Assembly (NCBI GenBank): GCA_905233625.1
Contig: CAJOFJ010000004.1
Location: forward strand, 76,427 to 140,426
Length of the DNA stretch: 64,000 nucleotides
Reading direction: 5' to 3'
DNA from: an uncultured Bacteroidales bacterium
GTDB taxonomy: Bacteria; Bacteroidota; Bacteroidia; Bacteroidales; WCHB1-69
Below are positions 47,221 through 57,121 of the stretch, piece after piece (the first letter of the stretch is position 1; each line of letters opens with the position of its first letter). A model generated the notes under the pieces. The model worked only from the letters and a program-made list of their open reading frames with translations. It was not told the DNA's origin and did not search any database. The position numbers and the translations under genes are program-made.

Positions 47221-48156
47221 AGATTTATTATCCATTTTTAATTCTGAATTATACTTTTCCACTTGTTGAATAAAAATATCATTCATAGATGGCAATATTT
47301 CATTGAATGACAATATATTACCATAATTCATGACATGTTGCAGCAGCTGATTGGCGCTACCGCCTTCCAACACCTTCACTACATAATGACGACGGTTTTC
47401 GGAAGAAGAAGTTTCCATTACGTTGTAAATCTCCGAAAGCATAGGGATTTCGCGCTCACTGTCCAAAGTAAGACTATAGATATTCTCTTTGAACTGCTGT
47501 TTGATTTCCACCAGATTTCCTTCCAGAATCTTATGTGCCTTGTTAATCAGGCAGATCTCGTCGCAAATTTCCTCCACCGAAGCCATATTATGGGTGGAAA
47601 TGATAATGGTAGTACCTTGACGTTTAAGCTCAAGCAGTTCCTGACGAATCAGATTGGTATTGATGGGATCAAGACCGCTGAACGGCTCATCCAAAATCAG
47701 GAAATCGGGGCGGTGCACCACAGTAGTGATGAACTGCAGTTTCTGCTGCATACCCTTGGACAGTTCCTCTACCTTTTTGTTCCACCAATTCTGGATTTCA
47801 AACTTGATAAACCAGTATTTCAAGCGCTCCAGAGCCTCATTCTTCGACAGGCCTTTCAAGCGGGCCAAATACATTGCTTCCTCGCCAACTTTCATCTTTT
47901 TATACAACCCACGTTCTTCTGGCAGGTAGCCAATTTTTTCTATATCCTTGCGGGACAACGGGTTACCATTGAAAAACACCATCCCACTGTCGGGAGCAGT
48001 GATTTGGTTCAAGATTCGGATCAGTGTGGTTTTTCCGGCACCATTGGGACCGAGCAAGCCATAGACTATGCCCTTCCGGATGGCCAAAGAAATATTATCC
48101 AATGCCAGATGATTAGAATATTTCTTCGTAACATTCTGAACTTCAATAATATTCAT
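47215..48156 (-). CDS. ABC transporter ATP-binding protein (NatA-like)
   Basis: Walker A GPNGAGKTT, signature LSKGMQQK, and Walker B FLILDEP. Confidence 0.92.
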   Translation of the reverse strand: MNIIEVQNVTKKYSNHLALDNISLAIRKGIVYGLLGPNGAGKTTLIRILNQITAPDSGMVFFNGNPLSRKDIEKIGYLPEERGLYKKMKVGEEAMYLARLKGLSKNEALERLKYWFIKFEIQNWWNKKVEELSKGMQQKLQFITTVVHRPDFLILDEPFSGLDPINTNLIRQELLELKRQGTTIIISTHNMASVEEICDEICLINKAHKILEGNLVEIKQQFKENIYSLTLDSEREIPMLSEIYNVMETSSSENRRHYVVKVLEGGSANQLLQHVMNYGNILSFNEILPSMNDIFIQQVEKYNSELKMDNKSR

Positions 48157-48834
48157 TTATTTATTATTAGCTTGATTTTCTTTTTGACTATCTTTTTTCT
48201 TTTTTTTCTTCTTGGATTTCTTTTTGGCATTCAACGGTTTGTTCTGATTTGCAGTGGAAGCATTTTTCAAAATATCCTTAGTGGAATCCAAGGCAAAATC
48301 TTCTGGCAGCGATATCTGACCATGAGACAATTCATTAAGCTGCTCCACAATCAGTTGATCATCCACGGTTTCACGATTATAAGTCAAATATAACTTCTTC
48401 AGATGGTTAGCCAGTGTCCTACCCATTTTCTCACGTTGATCTTCAGGATAGGAAGACACCGTTTTGATGATGTTTTCCATATTTCTGCCATAGGTGCGAT
48501 AATGGATCTGATGCTTGTTGTAATCGGGTTTTTCAAAAACGAAATCCTCTTTTTTAGGTTCCGGCTTCGGGAAAGGAGAGTCCACATCCAGCTTATAGTC
48601 GGACATGATGAACAGGTGATCCCACAATTTGTGCCAATAATCCAACGACTCTTTTTGATTCTTATTTTCCTTGTCATCGGGATTGATGAGTGCCATCATG
48701 CGCACAATCGCTTTCGCTTTCTCGCTTCTCTTTTCATAGTCAGGTTCCTTCAGCGTATCCTCAATCATCTTCTGGATATTTCTTCCGTACTCCCTGATTA
48801 TTAATTGATTACGATTTACATTATATTCAAACAT
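48157..48834 (-). CDS. DUF4290-like protein with poly-lysine tail
   Basis: The N-terminus YNVNRNQLIIREYGRNIQKMIE is as remembered for DUF4290. The C-terminus is KKKSKKKKKKKDSQ. Its stop abuts the ATPase start. Confidence 0.6.
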   Translation of the reverse strand: MFEYNVNRNQLIIREYGRNIQKMIEDTLKEPDYEKRSEKAKAIVRMMALINPDDKENKNQKESLDYWHKLWDHLFIMSDYKLDVDSPFPKPEPKKEDFVFEKPDYNKHQIHYRTYGRNMENIIKTVSSYPEDQREKMGRTLANHLKKLYLTYNRETVDDQLIVEQLNELSHGQISLPEDFALDSTKDILKNASTANQNKPLNAKKKSKKKKKKKDSQKENQANNK

Positions 48835-48905
48835 ACCTTTACAGATTTAAAAGTCAAAAGTACAAATTTTTTTGGAATGGAAATAGTGAAAATCATCATT
48901 TTTCT

Positions 48906-48913
48906 TATTTTTG
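48906..48913 (+). promoter_or_regulatory. -7 promoter box (TATTTTTG) for ion-channel gene
   Basis: TAnnTTTG match 22 nt upstream of ATG 48936. Confidence 0.5.
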
Positions 48914-48935
48914 CAAGTGGAAAAATATTGCGTTT

Positions 48936-49706
48936 ATGAAACTCGTCAAAAAACTTTTTCTCAACGAGAAATTTATTCTTGCTGTCATACTGCTGAATGC
49001 GGTGGTTATCTATTTGCAAGCCTGCGCTATCGACAATATATGGATTCAAATCATCGACCTGGTGTGCACCCTGATTTTTGTTATCGAGATGATCATCAAA
49101 CACAAAGAACTTGGTTTCAAGGCATATTGGTCATCAGGCTGGAACCGGCTGGATGGTATTCTGGTCCTCATATCCATTCCCTCTCTAATCGCGTTTTTTG
49201 TTCCCACAGGAAGTATGGACTTGTCGTTTTTATTGATACTGAGACTATTAAGATCCTTCCGTTTTCTACGTGTACTGCACTTCTTTCCAAACGTCACACA
49301 GGTATTCAAAGGTTTTAAATTGGCATTGCGGGAATCCTACGCCATTTTATTTTGCTTTTTCATTCTGATTATCGTGTTTGGCCTTATCAATTGCAGCTTG
49401 TTTAAAGATATTGCTCCCAAATATTTCAATACGCCTTTGACCTCCATTTATTCCGTTTTCCGCATTTGCACGGTAGAGGGCTGGTATGAGATTCCCGATG
49501 CCATTACCAAAGTCACTTCTCCCAACATAGGCTCAATGGTGCGCCTTTATTTCTGCATATTGTTGGTGATGGGGGGAGTCATTGGTATGTCATTGATCAA
49601 CTCCGTCTTTGTAGATGCCATGGTGAGTGACAATAACGATGATGTGAAGGCGAAATTGGAGGAAATCGAAAAAAAACTGGATCAATTATTGGAAGAGAAA
49701 AAATAA
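48936..49706 (+). CDS. Voltage-gated cation channel, single 6-TM domain (BacNaV/NaChBac-like)
   Basis: The S4 helix has Arg every third residue (LRLLRSFRFLRVLHFF). The pore motif is FRICTVEGWYEI, and there is a C-terminal coiled coil. Confidence 0.8.
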   Translation: MKLVKKLFLNEKFILAVILLNAVVIYLQACAIDNIWIQIIDLVCTLIFVIEMIIKHKELGFKAYWSSGWNRLDGILVLISIPSLIAFFVPTGSMDLSFLLILRLLRSFRFLRVLHFFPNVTQVFKGFKLALRESYAILFCFFILIIVFGLINCSLFKDIAPKYFNTPLTSIYSVFRICTVEGWYEIPDAITKVTSPNIGSMVRLYFCILLVMGGVIGMSLINSVFVDAMVSDNNDDVKAKLEEIEKKLDQLLEEKK

Positions 49707-49738
49707 TGAAAACATTTTTTGTTTCCAATTATAATTAT

Positions 49739-49746
49739 TAAGTTTG
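49739..49746 (+). promoter_or_regulatory. -7 promoter box (TAAGTTTG) for pckA
   Basis: TAnnTTTG match 67 nt upstream of ATG 49814. Confidence 0.45.
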
Positions 49747-49813
49747 CAAAAGGTAAAAAACGAGTTCTTTTTAATATAACTGAATATAAATCAATTAATT
49801 AAATACAATAGAT

Positions 49814-51412
49814 ATGGAAAAACTTTTGGAACAACTGTCAAAAATTGGTATTACCAATCCTCAAAAAATCTATCACAACTTGTCATACGATGAATTGTAC
49901 CAGCACGAAACCGACCCTTCACTGACCGGCTTCGACAAGGCTTATAAGACCAAAAGCGGCGCTTTGTCCGTGGATACCGGCGTGTTCACCGGCCGTTCGC
50001 CCAAAGACAAATACATTGTGATGGACGATGAGACCCGCAACAACGGTTCCGACAACCACCCCATCAACCACGAGATTTGGGAACATCTTAAAAAACTGAG
50101 CCAAAAGCAGTTGAGCGGCAAGGATATTTATGTAACCGATGGTTACTGCGGTGCTAACGAGAACTCCCGTCTGAAAATCAGATTTGTGACGGAAGTGGCT
50201 TGGCAGGCCCATTTTGTCAAAAACATGTTCATCCGTCCTTCAGAAGAAGATTTGGTAGGTTTTGAACCCGATTTTGTGGTGCTGAACAGCTGTAAGACCA
50301 CCAATCCCAATTGGAAAGAACAGGGCTTGCACAGCGAGAATTATGTAGCTTTCAACCTGACCGAACGTATGGCTTTGATTGGCGGTACCTGGTACGGTGG
50401 CGAGATGAAGAAAGGTATTTTCTCCGTGATGAACTACTTCCTGCCGCTGCGTGGCATGGCCGCTATGCACTGCTCTGCCAACGAGGGCAAGAAGGGCGAC
50501 ACCGCCATCTTCTTCGGCCTCTCCGGCACTGGCAAAACCACCCTGTCCACCGACCCGAACCGCGCCTTGATTGGTGATGACGAACACGGCTGGGACGAAA
50601 ACGGTGTGTTCAACTTCGAAGGTGGCTGCTATGCAAAATGTATTGACCTGAGCGAAGAGAAGGAACCCGATATTTTCCACGCCATTAAACGCGACGCTTT
50701 GCTGGAGAACTTAGTGGTGGATGCCGAAGGCAACATCGATTTCACCTCAGCAGCCAAGACCGAAAACACCCGTGTTTCTTATCCGATTTACCACATTGAT
50801 AATATTGTAAAACCCATTTCACGCGGTACTCACCCCAAGAAAGTCATCTTCCTGTCTGCCGACGCTTTTGGCGTGCTGCCTCCGGTATCTGTACTGAATC
50901 GCGAGCAGACCATGTACTATTTCCTGAGTGGTTACACTGCTAAATTGGCCGGTACTGAAGTGGGCGTGGTGACCCCGCAGCCTACCTTCTCTTCCTGCTT
51001 CGGAGCTGCTTTCTTGTTGCTGCACCCGACGAAATATGCTGAAGAGTTAGCCAAGAAACTGACCGAGCACAATGCTACCGCATATCTGGTGAATACCGGT
51101 TGGACTGGCGGCGGTTATGGTGTAGGCAGCAGAATCTCCTTGAAGGCCACCCGTGCCATCATCTCAGCCATCCTCAACGACGAACTGATTGGCTGCGAGA
51201 CCGAGATTGTGAAGCCCTTCAACCTCTCCATTCCGAAACATGTGAACGGTGTGGATGACAGCATTTTGAATCCGCAGAACAGCTGGACCGACAAAGCCGC
51301 TTACGCTGCCAGCGCCAAGCAGTTGGCCGAGTCCTTCATCAAGAACTTCAACAACTTCACCGAAACCGAAGAAGGCAAGAAGTTGGTGCCCTTCGGCCCG
51401 GTTGTGGAGTAA
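49814..51412 (+). CDS. pckA: Phosphoenolpyruvate carboxykinase (ATP)
   Basis: Kinase-1a motif [11 protein letters not shown], then IGDDEHGW, and typical length of 532 aa. Confidence 0.95.
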   Translation: MEKLLEQLSKIGITNPQKIYHNLSYDELYQHETDPSLTGFDKAYKTKSGALSVDTGVFTGRSPKDKYIVMDDETRNNGSDNHPINHEIWEHLKKLSQKQLSGKDIYVTDGYCGANENSRLKIRFVTEVAWQAHFVKNMFIRPSEEDLVGFEPDFVVLNSCKTTNPNWKEQGLHSENYVAFNLTERMALIGGTWYGGEMKKGIFSVMNYFLPLRGMAAMHCSANEGKKGDTAIFFGLSGTGKTTLSTDPNRALIGDDEHGWDENGVFNFEGGCYAKCIDLSEEKEPDIFHAIKRDALLENLVVDAEGNIDFTSAAKTENTRVSYPIYHIDNIVKPISRGTHPKKVIFLSADAFGVLPPVSVLNREQTMYYFLSGYTAKLAGTEVGVVTPQPTFSSCFGAAFLLLHPTKYAEELAKKLTEHNATAYLVNTGWTGGGYGVGSRISLKATRAIISAILNDELIGCETEIVKPFNLSIPKHVNGVDDSILNPQNSWTDKAAYAASAKQLAESFIKNFNNFTETEEGKKLVPFGPVVE

Positions 51413-51443
51413 TATTTGAGATTTTTTGAATTTATTATTATGT

Positions 51444-51471
51444 AGAGACGGGGCGCGCCCCGTCTCTTTTT
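51444..51471 (+). terminator. Rho-independent terminator of pckA
   Basis: A 24-nt perfect palindrome AGAGACGGGGCGCGCCCCGTCTCT is followed by TTTT. Confidence 0.8.
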
Positions 51472-51543
51472 AATGCAAATAATCAATCTCATGGCATAGT
51501 TAAAGAAATTTTTCAAAATAGAGGTCTGTATTATTTTTTTCTA

Positions 51544-51551
51544 TATCTTTG
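51544..51551 (+). promoter_or_regulatory. -7 promoter box (TATCTTTG) with no obvious gene behind it
   Basis: Exact TAnnTTTG match. The next element is a terminator-like hairpin about 45 nt downstream. Confidence 0.45.
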
Positions 51552-51557
51552 CATCGA

Positions 51558-51619
51558 ATCACCCTGAGTAGGCATACTACCGAAAAGGCCCAGCCTGCGC
51601 TTGCGTAGGCTTATTTTTT
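51558..51619 (+). ncRNA. Candidate short transcript / orphan leader ending in a terminator hairpin
   Basis: AGCCTGCG-CTTG-CGTAGGCT followed by TATTTTTT (51592-51619). An upstream GTAGGC (51568-51573) could pair alternatively with GCCTGC. Confidence 0.3.
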
Positions 51620-52151
51620 AATTGAGCGTTACTAATCACGATTTCGACAGTGCATTATGCCAGATTCTGTACATTTAGCCACATCCAACTACGACCTAAC
51701 TATTCCAACCAAATGGAAAGCATATCAAGGGAAATAATGTTAAACCAACATTATAAAAGGATGATGCATCCTCGCAGTCGCAATAAGCATGCTAAACGAT
51801 TACGAACACGACAGAATTGTCATTGCACAAATAGAGATGGAGATTTTGCATCATTTTAACAACATATTAAAACGATGCAAAAACACACAAAATATTTATT
51901 ATCGGACATAAACCGCATGGTCATCAAGAGCAGCAAGGCGGCATTCCACAAAGGCTATCTTGAACGCAGAACGTCAGGCTGATTTTATGGTCCATTGGAG
52001 TGCAACGAGGAAGTCCTCGGCGACCATGTAACCAACTACTATGGCGACAAAGTATTGGTCGAGTTCAAGCATTTGATCATCAACAAGGGGCGCATCAATG
52101 GGTGATATAAAAAAAAGTAAACCGAAAGGTTGACTATATCAAAAAAAAGTG

Positions 52152-52159
52152 TATTTTTG
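52152..52159 (+). promoter_or_regulatory. -7 promoter box (TATTTTTG) for the three-gene TA-chaperone module
   Basis: TAnnTTTG match. It overlaps the track ORF start at 52149, so the real start is probably GTG 52176. Confidence 0.5.
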
Positions 52160-52175
52160 CCGAAAATTTCATGCA

Positions 52176-52718
52176 GTGAAAGTTGACAGTAATCCTATAG
52201 TGGAAAACAGACTGTATGCCTTCTGGTTTGATGGCGACAGCGGCAATATATATGCCGTCACTATGGAACAGTTGTATGACAGGGAATGGCTTTGGGATTT
52301 CTTCAACAAGCACAAACAAGACCTCGGTTATTTTCATGTATCAGACATCTATGATGCCATCGAACGCACCATCGATGATTTAGAAATGATTGATGATTTA
52401 TTGTTGGATGAAACGACAGATTTGGACACCTATTTCCAGGATCTATCGCAAAATCATAAAGACCCATTTCTTCAACGAAACAAAGGGAAACTGACGTGTT
52501 TGTCAAATATGCATTATAACAGTTGGGTACGCTTCTATGCCATCAGAATAGAAGATGGTATTTATGTGCTTACAGGGGGTACTATAAAATTGACAGAGAA
52601 AATGCAGGACAGAGAGCACACCAATCAGGAACTGAATCGACTGGAACAATGCAGGGATTATTTGCTTGAACAAGGAATTTGCGATTTTTGCGGTTTTTAT
52701 GAATTTTTGAACGAATAA
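52176..52718 (+). CDS. Putative HigB/Gp49-like (RelE superfamily) toxin with N-terminal extension
   Basis: The C-terminal block VRFYAIRIEDGIYVLTGGTIKLTEKMQD..ELNRLEQCRDYL fits the Gp49/HigB pattern R.fY....g.i.ll.G..K......(E)i..a......yl. An XRE gene follows 12 nt later. Confidence 0.45.
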   Translation: MKVDSNPIVENRLYAFWFDGDSGNIYAVTMEQLYDREWLWDFFNKHKQDLGYFHVSDIYDAIERTIDDLEMIDDLLLDETTDLDTYFQDLSQNHKDPFLQRNKGKLTCLSNMHYNSWVRFYAIRIEDGIYVLTGGTIKLTEKMQDREHTNQELNRLEQCRDYLLEQGICDFCGFYEFLNE

Positions 52719-52730
52719 AAATATACGATT

Positions 52731-53150
52731 ATGACCACATTGGAAAAACTGAAACAAATCAGCGAGCCTGCCCCTTCCAATTGGAGAGAACAGGCACAGT
52801 GGAGAAAAGACAACCGCGATTGGTTACGTAAGTCTGGTCGAATTGCCGTTGCTGTGTTGGCGGCTATCGACGCAGATCCAGACATGAACCAAACGCTGTT
52901 GGCAGAGAAGATGGGCGTAACGAAGCAGTACATCAGTAAAATTGTGAAAGGGCAGGAAAATCTTTCTTTGCAGACCATCTGCAAGTTGGAGTCTGCATTG
53001 GGGATCACGCTGGTTGAAGTACAAGCTCCACAGACATTTCAAATGGCCACGCAGGTTGAGTACTGCCAGCATCAGTGGCTTATCTCAAAGCCGATACTCC
53101 TGGAGATGACATCTGCTGTTACTTATTCAGAATCATATCAAGTTGCATAG
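52731..53150 (+). CDS. XRE-family HTH antitoxin (HigA-like) with ~45-aa C-terminal extension
   Basis: The HTH is MNQTLLAEKMGVTKQYISKIVKGQENLSLQTICKLESALG. A hydrophobic/aromatic tail follows the HTH. Confidence 0.65.
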   Translation: MTTLEKLKQISEPAPSNWREQAQWRKDNRDWLRKSGRIAVAVLAAIDADPDMNQTLLAEKMGVTKQYISKIVKGQENLSLQTICKLESALGITLVEVQAPQTFQMATQVEYCQHQWLISKPILLEMTSAVTYSESYQVA

Positions 53151-53152
53151 CG

Positions 53153-53575
53153 ATGAAACATATAGGTTTTCTTATGAGACAAATACGGGTCAACCAGTTC
53201 GCCATACTGGCTGACGATGCGCCTTCCGGGGAAATTCCCGTCGAGTTTGGCGTACAATTTAAAACCGATACAGTTGGGAAATGGATTGCTGTAGCCTTCA
53301 TAACCCGGTATTTGAATGGTTCTGCTCCCCTATTGCTGCTGGAGATGCAATGCGACTTTCAGGTGAAGCCGGAAGACTGGGACTCTCTTATTTCCGACGG
53401 AAAATTAGTTTTTCCCGTCGAATTTCTGCGTCACATAGCACTTCACACGGTCGGAACAATGCGAGGTGTCCTCTTTTGCAAAACCGAAGGAACTGCATTC
53501 AGTAGATTCATTCTGCCAACTGTAAATCTTGAGGCAATGATCAACCAAGAGTTGATAATCCCATTAACGGAGTAA
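53153..53575 (+). CDS. SecB-like chaperone candidate
   Basis: 140 aa from ATG 53153, 2 nt after the antitoxin stop. By-eye alignment to E. coli SecB: IRVNQFAILADDAP ~ IQRIYTKDISFEAPNAP; LLLLEMQCDFQV ~ AFLCEVQQGGIFSI; FSRFILPTVNLEAMI ~ FPQLNLAPVNFDALF. Confidence 0.45.
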   Translation: MKHIGFLMRQIRVNQFAILADDAPSGEIPVEFGVQFKTDTVGKWIAVAFITRYLNGSAPLLLLEMQCDFQVKPEDWDSLISDGKLVFPVEFLRHIALHTVGTMRGVLFCKTEGTAFSRFILPTVNLEAMINQELIIPLTE

Positions 53576-53763
53576 GCCTGTTTTGTATCGTAATGTCTTG
53601 TGTGTCCCCCGCATTAAAATTTTTGAATTTTTTGCCGTCGTATACTAAAAAGAATTATTGTTGTCCGAAAAGACAAAAGCAGATATAAACTCGTCAAAAC
53701 AATGGGGAGCAGTTCTGATTAGGTAGTTTATGGCAAAATTCAACATTACAAGTCTGTCAGAAA

Positions 53764-53921
53764 TTGCAAAATTTGGTATTCCCAGATGGCATTTTATGGG
53801 ACAAGAAAATCGGCAATTATCGAACCCTGAAAATCAACGAAGCGATAGCTGTAATCACAAGAATATCAGATATTTATAAAACAACAAACGAGGGCTCATC
53901 ATCCTCGCTTGTCGCCTTTTG
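53764..53921 (+). pseudogene. Possible 3' remnant of a recombinase gene abutting tRNA-Leu
   Basis: The peptide LVFPDGILWDKKIGNYRTLKINEAIAVITRISDIY resembles, from memory only, the C-terminal region of Bacteroidota serine-recombinase-family proteins. No upstream reading frame remains. Confidence 0.2.
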
Positions 53922-54003
53922 TGCGGATAGGGGGACTCGAACCCCCACGGCTTTCACCACTAGATCCTAAGTCTAGCGCGGCTACCAATTACGCCATATC
54001 CGC
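53922..54003 (-). tRNA. tRNA-Leu (anticodon TAG)
   Basis: The reverse complement folds with acceptor stem GCGGATA/TATCCGC, anticodon arm CTAGA-CTTAGGA-TCTAG, a long variable arm, and T-arm GGGGTTCGAGTCCCC. Confidence 0.9.
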
Positions 54004-54008
54004 TTTCA

Positions 54009-56060
54009 CTATTTCACTGTGCTGCCCGGTTTCACCGGCTTGGCAGGCTGCACCAGCGACAACTCGCCGTCGGCATTCTCAGCCATCAGCACCATACCGT
54101 GAGAGGCAACTCCTTTAATTTCTTTTGGTGCCAGGTTGATGAGCATCAGCACCTGCTTGCCCACCAAATTCTCTGGTTCGTAATATTCTGCAATACCTGA
54201 AACAATCTCACGCTGGTCCACCCCCGTATCCACCTTAAGTTTCAGCAGTTTCTTGGTCTTTGCCACTTTCTCTGCTGCCAATACAGTGCAGACTCTCAGG
54301 TCCATCTTCTGGAACTCATCGTAAGTCACATCCAGCTTGGCTTCCTGGGCAGGAGCGGTGCTCAAGAGATTGGCTTTCTTGGTGTCTTCCAGTTTCTTCA
54401 CTTGGGCTGCCACCACCTCATCTTCTATTTTCACAAACAGATACTCTGCAGGATTGATGCTATCGCCAGCCTTAAGCAAGTCGCAACGACCGCCTTCATA
54501 CCATTCATGAACATCCATGTTCAGCATCTTCTGCAATTTCTGTGAGGTAAAGGGCAGGAAAGGCTCGCACAATACTGCCAAATCAGCGCACAGCTGCAGC
54601 GACAGGTGCATTACGGTCTTCACCCTTTCAGGATCCTCTTTCTGCTTCTTCCAGGGCTCCATGTCGGTTAAATACTTGTTGCCCAAACGTGCCAGGTTCA
54701 TCAGCTCGGCCTGTGCCTCGCGGAAGCGGTATTTCTCGATGGAACTGCCAATCAGAGCCGGAAATTCCTTCATTTTCTCAATCACTTCCTTCTCATAATC
54801 GGTCAGCTCACCCATTTCGGGAATAACACCACCATAATATTTGTGCGTCAGCACAATGGTTCTGTTGACCAAGTTGCCGAAAATAGCCAGCAACTCGTTA
54901 TTATTTTTGGCCTGGAAATCAGCCCAGGTAAAATCAGCGTCCTTAGTTTCGGGAGCGATGGAGGTCAGCGTATAGCGCAGCACATCCTGCTTGCCCGGAA
55001 ATTCTTCCAGATATTCGTGCAACCACACGGCCCAGTTTCGGGAAGTGGAAATCTTGTCCCCTTCCAGATTCAGGAACTCGTTGGCCGGCACATTCACGGG
55101 CAGAATATAGCTGCCTTCAGCCTTCAACATGCAGGGGAAGATGATGCAGTGGAACACAATATTGTCCTTGCCAATAAAATGCACCAGCTGGGTGTCTTTG
55201 TCCTTCCACCATTTCTCCCAATCCTGGTTATGAGCAGCGGCCCATTCCTTGGTAAAGGAAATGTAACCGATAGGGGCGTCAAACCATACATACAACACCT
55301 TGCCAGCAGCTTCTTCCAAGGGCACTTTCACACCCCAGTCAAGGTCGCGGGTGACGGCACGCGGCTGCAAACCCGCCTCAATCCACGATTTGCACTGTCC
55401 ATACACATTGCTCTTCCAATCTTCCTTATGACCCTTCAAAATCCATTCTTTCAGCCAGGGTTCGTATTCATTCAAAGGCAGATACCAGTGCTTGGTTTCC
55501 TTCATCACAGGAGCGTTGCCGCTCAGCACAGACTTAGGATTAATGAGGTCGGTGGCACTGAGGCTGGTACCGCAAGCTTCACACTGGTCGCCGTATGCGC
55601 GCTCATTGTTGCAATGAGGACAAGTACCCGTGATATAGCGGTCAGCCAAAAACTGATGAGCCTCCTCGTCGTAATACTGCATGCTGGTCTGCTCAATCAG
55701 CTTGCCTTCGTTGTACAGCTTAGTAAAGTATTCTGAAGCAGTCTTGTGGTGTTCTGCACCAGAGGTTCTGGAATAAATATCGAAAGAGATACCTAATTTC
55801 TCAAAAGAATCCTTAATGATATTGTGGTAGCGGTCCACAATAGCTTGCGGAGTAGTATGCTCTTTTTTTGCTTTCAAGGTAATGGGCACACCATGTTCGT
55901 CGGAGCCTCCGATAAACAGCACCTCATTGCCTGTAGCTCGGAGATAACGGGCATAAATATCCGCAGGAACATACACACCGGCCAAATGCCCGATATGCAC
56001 GGGACCGTTGGCATACGGCAATGCCGATGTGATTGTATATCTTTTTTTATCTGTATTCAT
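54009..56060 (-). CDS. metG: Methionyl-tRNA synthetase (with C-terminal tRNA-binding domain)
   Basis: HIGH motif ([11 protein letters not shown]), zinc knuckle CPHC...CEAC, KMSKS variant KISTS, and a C-terminal EMAP/Trbp111-like domain. Confidence 0.95.
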   Translation of the reverse strand: MNTDKKRYTITSALPYANGPVHIGHLAGVYVPADIYARYLRATGNEVLFIGGSDEHGVPITLKAKKEHTTPQAIVDRYHNIIKDSFEKLGISFDIYSRTSGAEHHKTASEYFTKLYNEGKLIEQTSMQYYDEEAHQFLADRYITGTCPHCNNERAYGDQCEACGTSLSATDLINPKSVLSGNAPVMKETKHWYLPLNEYEPWLKEWILKGHKEDWKSNVYGQCKSWIEAGLQPRAVTRDLDWGVKVPLEEAAGKVLYVWFDAPIGYISFTKEWAAAHNQDWEKWWKDKDTQLVHFIGKDNIVFHCIIFPCMLKAEGSYILPVNVPANEFLNLEGDKISTSRNWAVWLHEYLEEFPGKQDVLRYTLTSIAPETKDADFTWADFQAKNNNELLAIFGNLVNRTIVLTHKYYGGVIPEMGELTDYEKEVIEKMKEFPALIGSSIEKYRFREAQAELMNLARLGNKYLTDMEPWKKQKEDPERVKTVMHLSLQLCADLAVLCEPFLPFTSQKLQKMLNMDVHEWYEGGRCDLLKAGDSINPAEYLFVKIEDEVVAAQVKKLEDTKKANLLSTAPAQEAKLDVTYDEFQKMDLRVCTVLAAEKVAKTKKLLKLKVDTGVDQREIVSGIAEYYEPENLVGKQVLMLINLAPKEIKGVASHGMVLMAENADGELSLVQPAKPVKPGSTVK

Positions 56061-56097
56061 CGTGGATTTTTTGAGGGTGCAAAGATACGAAAAATAA

Positions 56098-57120
56098 TTA
56101 TTTCTTCACCAGTTGTCCGCAGGCGGCGGCAATGTCTTTGCCACGGCTGCGGCGGAGGTTCACCACCATGTTGCGGCTTTCGAGGAACTGGATGAATTTT
56201 CGCACATTTTCCGGCTCACTCTTTTGGAAAGGCGAGTCGGTGGCATTGAACTCTATCAAGTTGATTTTTACAGGGAAAGGTCTGCAATAGGCTGCCAAAA
56301 CCTCAGCATCGCGTTGAGAATCATTGATATCCTTCAATAACAGATATTCAAAGGTGACACGTTCGCCTGTTTTCTGATGATAGTATTTCAGTGCTTCCTG
56401 TAGTTTATCCAGGGGGTTGCTCTTTGTGACCGGCATGATACGGAGTCGTGTCAATGGGTCGGCACTATGCAGCGACACCGCTAAGCCCGGTTTGAAGCCC
56501 AAATCCGCCAATTTACGAATACCTTCAATAATGCCAGCGGTAGATAAGGTGATACGCTGCGGCGACAGCCCCTGCCCTTCTGAAGAAGTAAGTAAGTCAA
56601 TGGATTTCAGAACATTCGGAATATTCAGCAGCGGTTCACCCATACCCATATAGACAATGTTGGAGATGGGATTTCCGTAGTATTCCTGTGCTTTCTGATT
56701 CATCAGTATAAACTGATCAAAAATTTCAGAATAATGTAGATTTCTGATGAAGCCCATTTGTCCTGTGGCACAGAAAGCGCAATGCATCGCACAACCCACC
56801 TGAGTGGATACACAAGCGGTAACCCGCTGTCCCGCAGGAATCAACACGCCCTCAATCATCTTGTCGTCGTGCAGGCGAAACCCAAACTTCACCGTTTGGT
56901 CGCTACTCTTGGCTTCCACCTCAATGCTGGCCCGATGAAAGCTAAAGCTCTCTTTCAGTTTTTCCTGCAAGCCCTTGCCAATATTGTTCATTTCAGCGAA
57001 CGAACCTGCCCCTTTTTTCCAGAGCCATTCATTGACTTGTTTGGCCCGGAAGGCTTTTTCTCCGGCCTGCACCACAAAATCTTTTAGCTCATCTGCTGTA
57101 ATGTCGCGAATGTCTTTCAT
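56098..57120 (-). CDS. rlmN: 23S rRNA/tRNA adenine-C2 methyltransferase RlmN (radical SAM)
   Basis: Radical-SAM cluster motif [17 protein letters not shown], and the conserved C-terminal Cys (AACGQL). Confidence 0.93.
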   Translation of the reverse strand: MKDIRDITADELKDFVVQAGEKAFRAKQVNEWLWKKGAGSFAEMNNIGKGLQEKLKESFSFHRASIEVEAKSSDQTVKFGFRLHDDKMIEGVLIPAGQRVTACVSTQVGCAMHCAFCATGQMGFIRNLHYSEIFDQFILMNQKAQEYYGNPISNIVYMGMGEPLLNIPNVLKSIDLLTSSEGQGLSPQRITLSTAGIIEGIRKLADLGFKPGLAVSLHSADPLTRLRIMPVTKSNPLDKLQEALKYYHQKTGERVTFEYLLLKDINDSQRDAEVLAAYCRPFPVKINLIEFNATDSPFQKSEPENVRKFIQFLESRNMVVNLRRSRGKDIAAACGQLVKK

Positions 57121-57121
57121 T

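Noticed and set aside
47335-48393. 352-aa plus-strand ORF
   Set aside because: It is antisense to the ABC ATPase and DUF4290 genes, which have unmistakable Walker/signature motifs. It is a low-complexity shadow ORF with no motif and no promoter box.
51650-51859. 69-aa basic ORF, and neighbouring 26-40-aa ORFs, as genes
   Set aside because: They are Arg/His/Lys-rich and low in complexity. They have no start context and no promoter of their own beyond the orphan leader. More likely they are decayed sequence.
51413-53921. Direct repeat of the tRNA-Leu 3' end (attL/attR) delimiting the island
   Set aside because: Scanning by eye, I found no copy of the tRNA 3' segment (GTGCGGATAGGGGGACTCG...) near 51.4-51.7 kb. 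The island borders therefore remain undefined.
53764-53970. 68-aa ORF as an intact gene
   Set aside because: Its last third is simply tRNA-Leu read on the opposite strand. Only the first part is kept, as a low-confidence gene remnant.
54843-55736. 297-aa plus-strand ORF inside metG
   Set aside because: It is antisense to methionyl-tRNA synthetase. It has no recognisable domain and is a shadow ORF.
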